58,576 nt of DNA from Acidobacteriota bacterium (GTDB lineage: Bacteria; Acidobacteriota; UBA6911; RPQK01; JANQFM01). The notes beneath the pieces are model-generated. The model had not been told where the DNA came from. It did not search any database and was given only the letters and a program-made list of their open reading frames with translations. The stretch covers positions 1-58,576 of the forward strand of contig JBFKLX010000004.1 of assembly GCA_041630155.1 (NCBI GenBank), in the 5' to 3' direction. How positions within the stretch are numbered: the first letter of the stretch is position 1; every line of letters begins with the position of its first letter. The translations under genes were made by a program, and so were the position numbers. Shown one piece after another: positions 56,714 through 58,576 of this stretch.

Positions 56714-58324
56714 TCACTCTTCCGGTCGATTGCTCACCAGATAGACCGAATACATCCAGGCTTTGCGAGATCCTTCCTCGCGGCGCAACAGGGCTTCCAG
56801 CAGGGTGCGCAGCGTGATCACCAGGCGGGGGCTCCGGGCCACGACGCGAAGCCGGGTTCGAGTGGCGCGCTGCAGATCGGGCCAGTCGGACTCCTGAACC
56901 ACCAGCAGCGTTTGAATCGGCGAGTCCAGCTCAGCGGCGGCCGCCGCGACGTCGAACAACTCCAGCACCGGCTGATCCAGATAGAAGCGCAGGCTGGGCG
57001 CCGCCAGACCGAGGTATCCGGCCCGGCCTCCCGGTTCCAGCTCCAGCTGGGCTCGAGCCGCCAGATGATGCACCGGTCGGTAGTCCTCCAGCCGGGGCAG
57101 AAGCAGCGCAAAGACGACCACGAATACCAGACTCAGTGAAGCGGCCGCCCAGTGCCAGCGGCGCAGCGCAGCCAGCAGTCCGAAAACCAGGAAGAGGAGC
57201 GTGGGAAGCCACCACAGCCACGACGGCCCGAAAAGTTCGCTGGCCAGCAAGGCCTGTCCGCAGCCCAGGAGTGAGGCTGCGGCACCACCCACCACAGCCA
57301 GCCAGCGTGCCCACCCGCAAGCCTGGGCCACCTGGGCGACCCAGATGGCAGCGGCCGGGTAAAGCGGCAAGATGTAATATTCCTGCTTGTTGCGTGAGAA
57401 GGAAAACAGCACGAACCAGACCGCGATCCAGAGCGCCAGCAGCCAGCCGTTTCTGCGCTCTTCCGCGGGCAGCCCCCGCCAACGCCAGGCCTGCCAGCCC
57501 ACCGCTGCGAAGAACAGCAGGGACCACGGAAAGGAATCCGCGAGGATCACTCCGAGATAGTAGAACCAGTTTCGCTCAGGCCCGTAATCCAGCGACGCGA
57601 AGCGACCCAGATTCTCGCGCAAGAAAAAATTCAGTACTGACTCCCAATCTCCGCTCCAGCCCAGGGCCAAATACCAGGAAAAGGACACCGTCACGAGGAC
57701 CGCCAGACTGCTTGCCCAGGCGCCGCGCCGCAAGGACCGGCAGCGGTCGTCGCAGAAACAAACCAGGAGCAGGATGGCCAAGCCGATCCATGCAACCGGG
57801 CCCTTGGCCAGGAAAGCGAGGCCGAAGCAGAGGGCCGCCAGTCGCAGCCGGGAGGCTGAAGGCCGCTCCCGCCAGAGCACGAAACAGAGGGTGCCGGCCA
57901 GGATGCAGGCCAGCATCAGAATGTCGATCAGTAACCGGCGTGACAACATCAGGAAGCGGAAGTTGGTCGCAAAGACTCCCGCCGCCAGCAAGGCCGAGGA
58001 AGGACAGACGAACCGTCTGGCGATCGCGAAGGCCAGCAGCACGCAGCCGGCACCCAGGGCCGCCAGCAGCCAGCGCTCGACAGCCAGCGAAACCCCGAAC
58101 ACCCGGTACGCGCCCGCCACCAGCCAGTACGACAAGGGCGGTTTGTTGAGCCGGGGCTGATCGTTGAAGTAGGGAACCAGCCACTCGCCGCGCTCGAGCA
58201 TCTCGCGGGGCGTCTGGACGTAGAACGCCTCGTTGGCGTCCCAAACCGAAGAGAGGTGCGGAGCCACCCCCAGCGGGGCCAGGTAAATCAACAGCAACAG
58301 AGCAGTCCGGACTCGCTTGTCCAC
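56714..58324 (-). CDS. ArnT/PMT (GT-C) family glycosyltransferase
   Basis: DANE, PYFNDQPRLNKPPLSYW, LAFLAKGP, SRNKQEYYILP; polytopic. Confidence 0.9.
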   Translation of the reverse strand: MDKRVRTALLLLIYLAPLGVAPHLSSVWDANEAFYVQTPREMLERGEWLVPYFNDQPRLNKPPLSYWLVAGAYRVFGVSLAVERWLLAALGAGCVLLAFAIARRFVCPSSALLAAGVFATNFRFLMLSRRLLIDILMLACILAGTLCFVLWRERPSASRLRLAALCFGLAFLAKGPVAWIGLAILLLVCFCDDRCRSLRRGAWASSLAVLVTVSFSWYLALGWSGDWESVLNFFLRENLGRFASLDYGPERNWFYYLGVILADSFPWSLLFFAAVGWQAWRWRGLPAEERRNGWLLALWIAVWFVLFSFSRNKQEYYILPLYPAAAIWVAQVAQACGWARWLAVVGGAAASLLGCGQALLASELFGPSWLWWLPTLLFLVFGLLAALRRWHWAAASLSLVFVVVFALLLPRLEDYRPVHHLAARAQLELEPGGRAGYLGLAAPSLRFYLDQPVLELFDVAAAAAELDSPIQTLLVVQESDWPDLQRATRTRLRVVARSPRLVITLRTLLEALLRREEGSRKAWMYSVYLVSNRPEE

Positions 58325-58500
58325 GGGCTGTTCAGTAAACGGTCCGCCGGCGACAGAGTCAAGGGGGAGGCACCGGTATCATCCGGTGGCGCCGGCAGGG
58401 GACGGGCCCAATCCCGGCGATTGACTGCTGCGTGCGGAGAGGCGCTGATTCTGCGCTTCGGACCCTCGCAGCCACTCTGCAAGCGGCCTCCGGAGGGCGC

Positions 58501-58576
58501 TTACTCCGAGACCGGCGCAGCCTCTGAGGCTGTATCGACTTCCACGGGGTCCAGGAACTGCATGCGGGCGCGCAGC
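58501..58576 (-). CDS. Possible 3' end of a CDS running in from beyond the window
   Basis: Open frame LRARMQFLDPVEVDTASEAAPVSE ending in TAA; too short to identify. Confidence 0.3.
   Translation of the reverse strand, partial: LRARMQFLDPVEVDTASEAAPVSE

Overview
GC-rich chromosomal window from a diderm bacterium. The combination of lpxD, murJ-xerD, zapA-6S RNA-rny and many Sec/Tat-exported proteins of unknown function suggests Acidobacteriota (inference only). About 50 CDSs, one tRNA-Val(GAC) and a 6S RNA. No CRISPR array, prophage, transposase or complete defence system is supported. A housekeeping block (ruvX-mltG, hup, tRNA, infC-rpmI-rplT, zapB-zapA-6S-rny, ymdB) is surrounded by accessory loci. 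Best candidates for an undescribed system: (1) a translationally coupled membrane His-rich/pentaheme cytochrome c/TPR protein plus a membrane-anchored CRTAC1-type propeller; (2) tandem DUF1800 paralogs with divergent loops plus a Tat-exported DUF1501, with an internal SigW-like promoter. Three proteins have lost canonical catalytic or ligand residues: an S41 protease, a deoxyribohydrolase-TPR protein and a CarH-like regulator. A fourth, a radical SAM protein, has non-canonical Cys spacing. Non-coding signals are a 138-bp MITE-like element, three unassigned structured regions, and about ten genes whose start codon lies 6-9 nt after a -10 box (probably leaderless mRNAs). Gene calls come from motif recognition by eye; no database searches were run.
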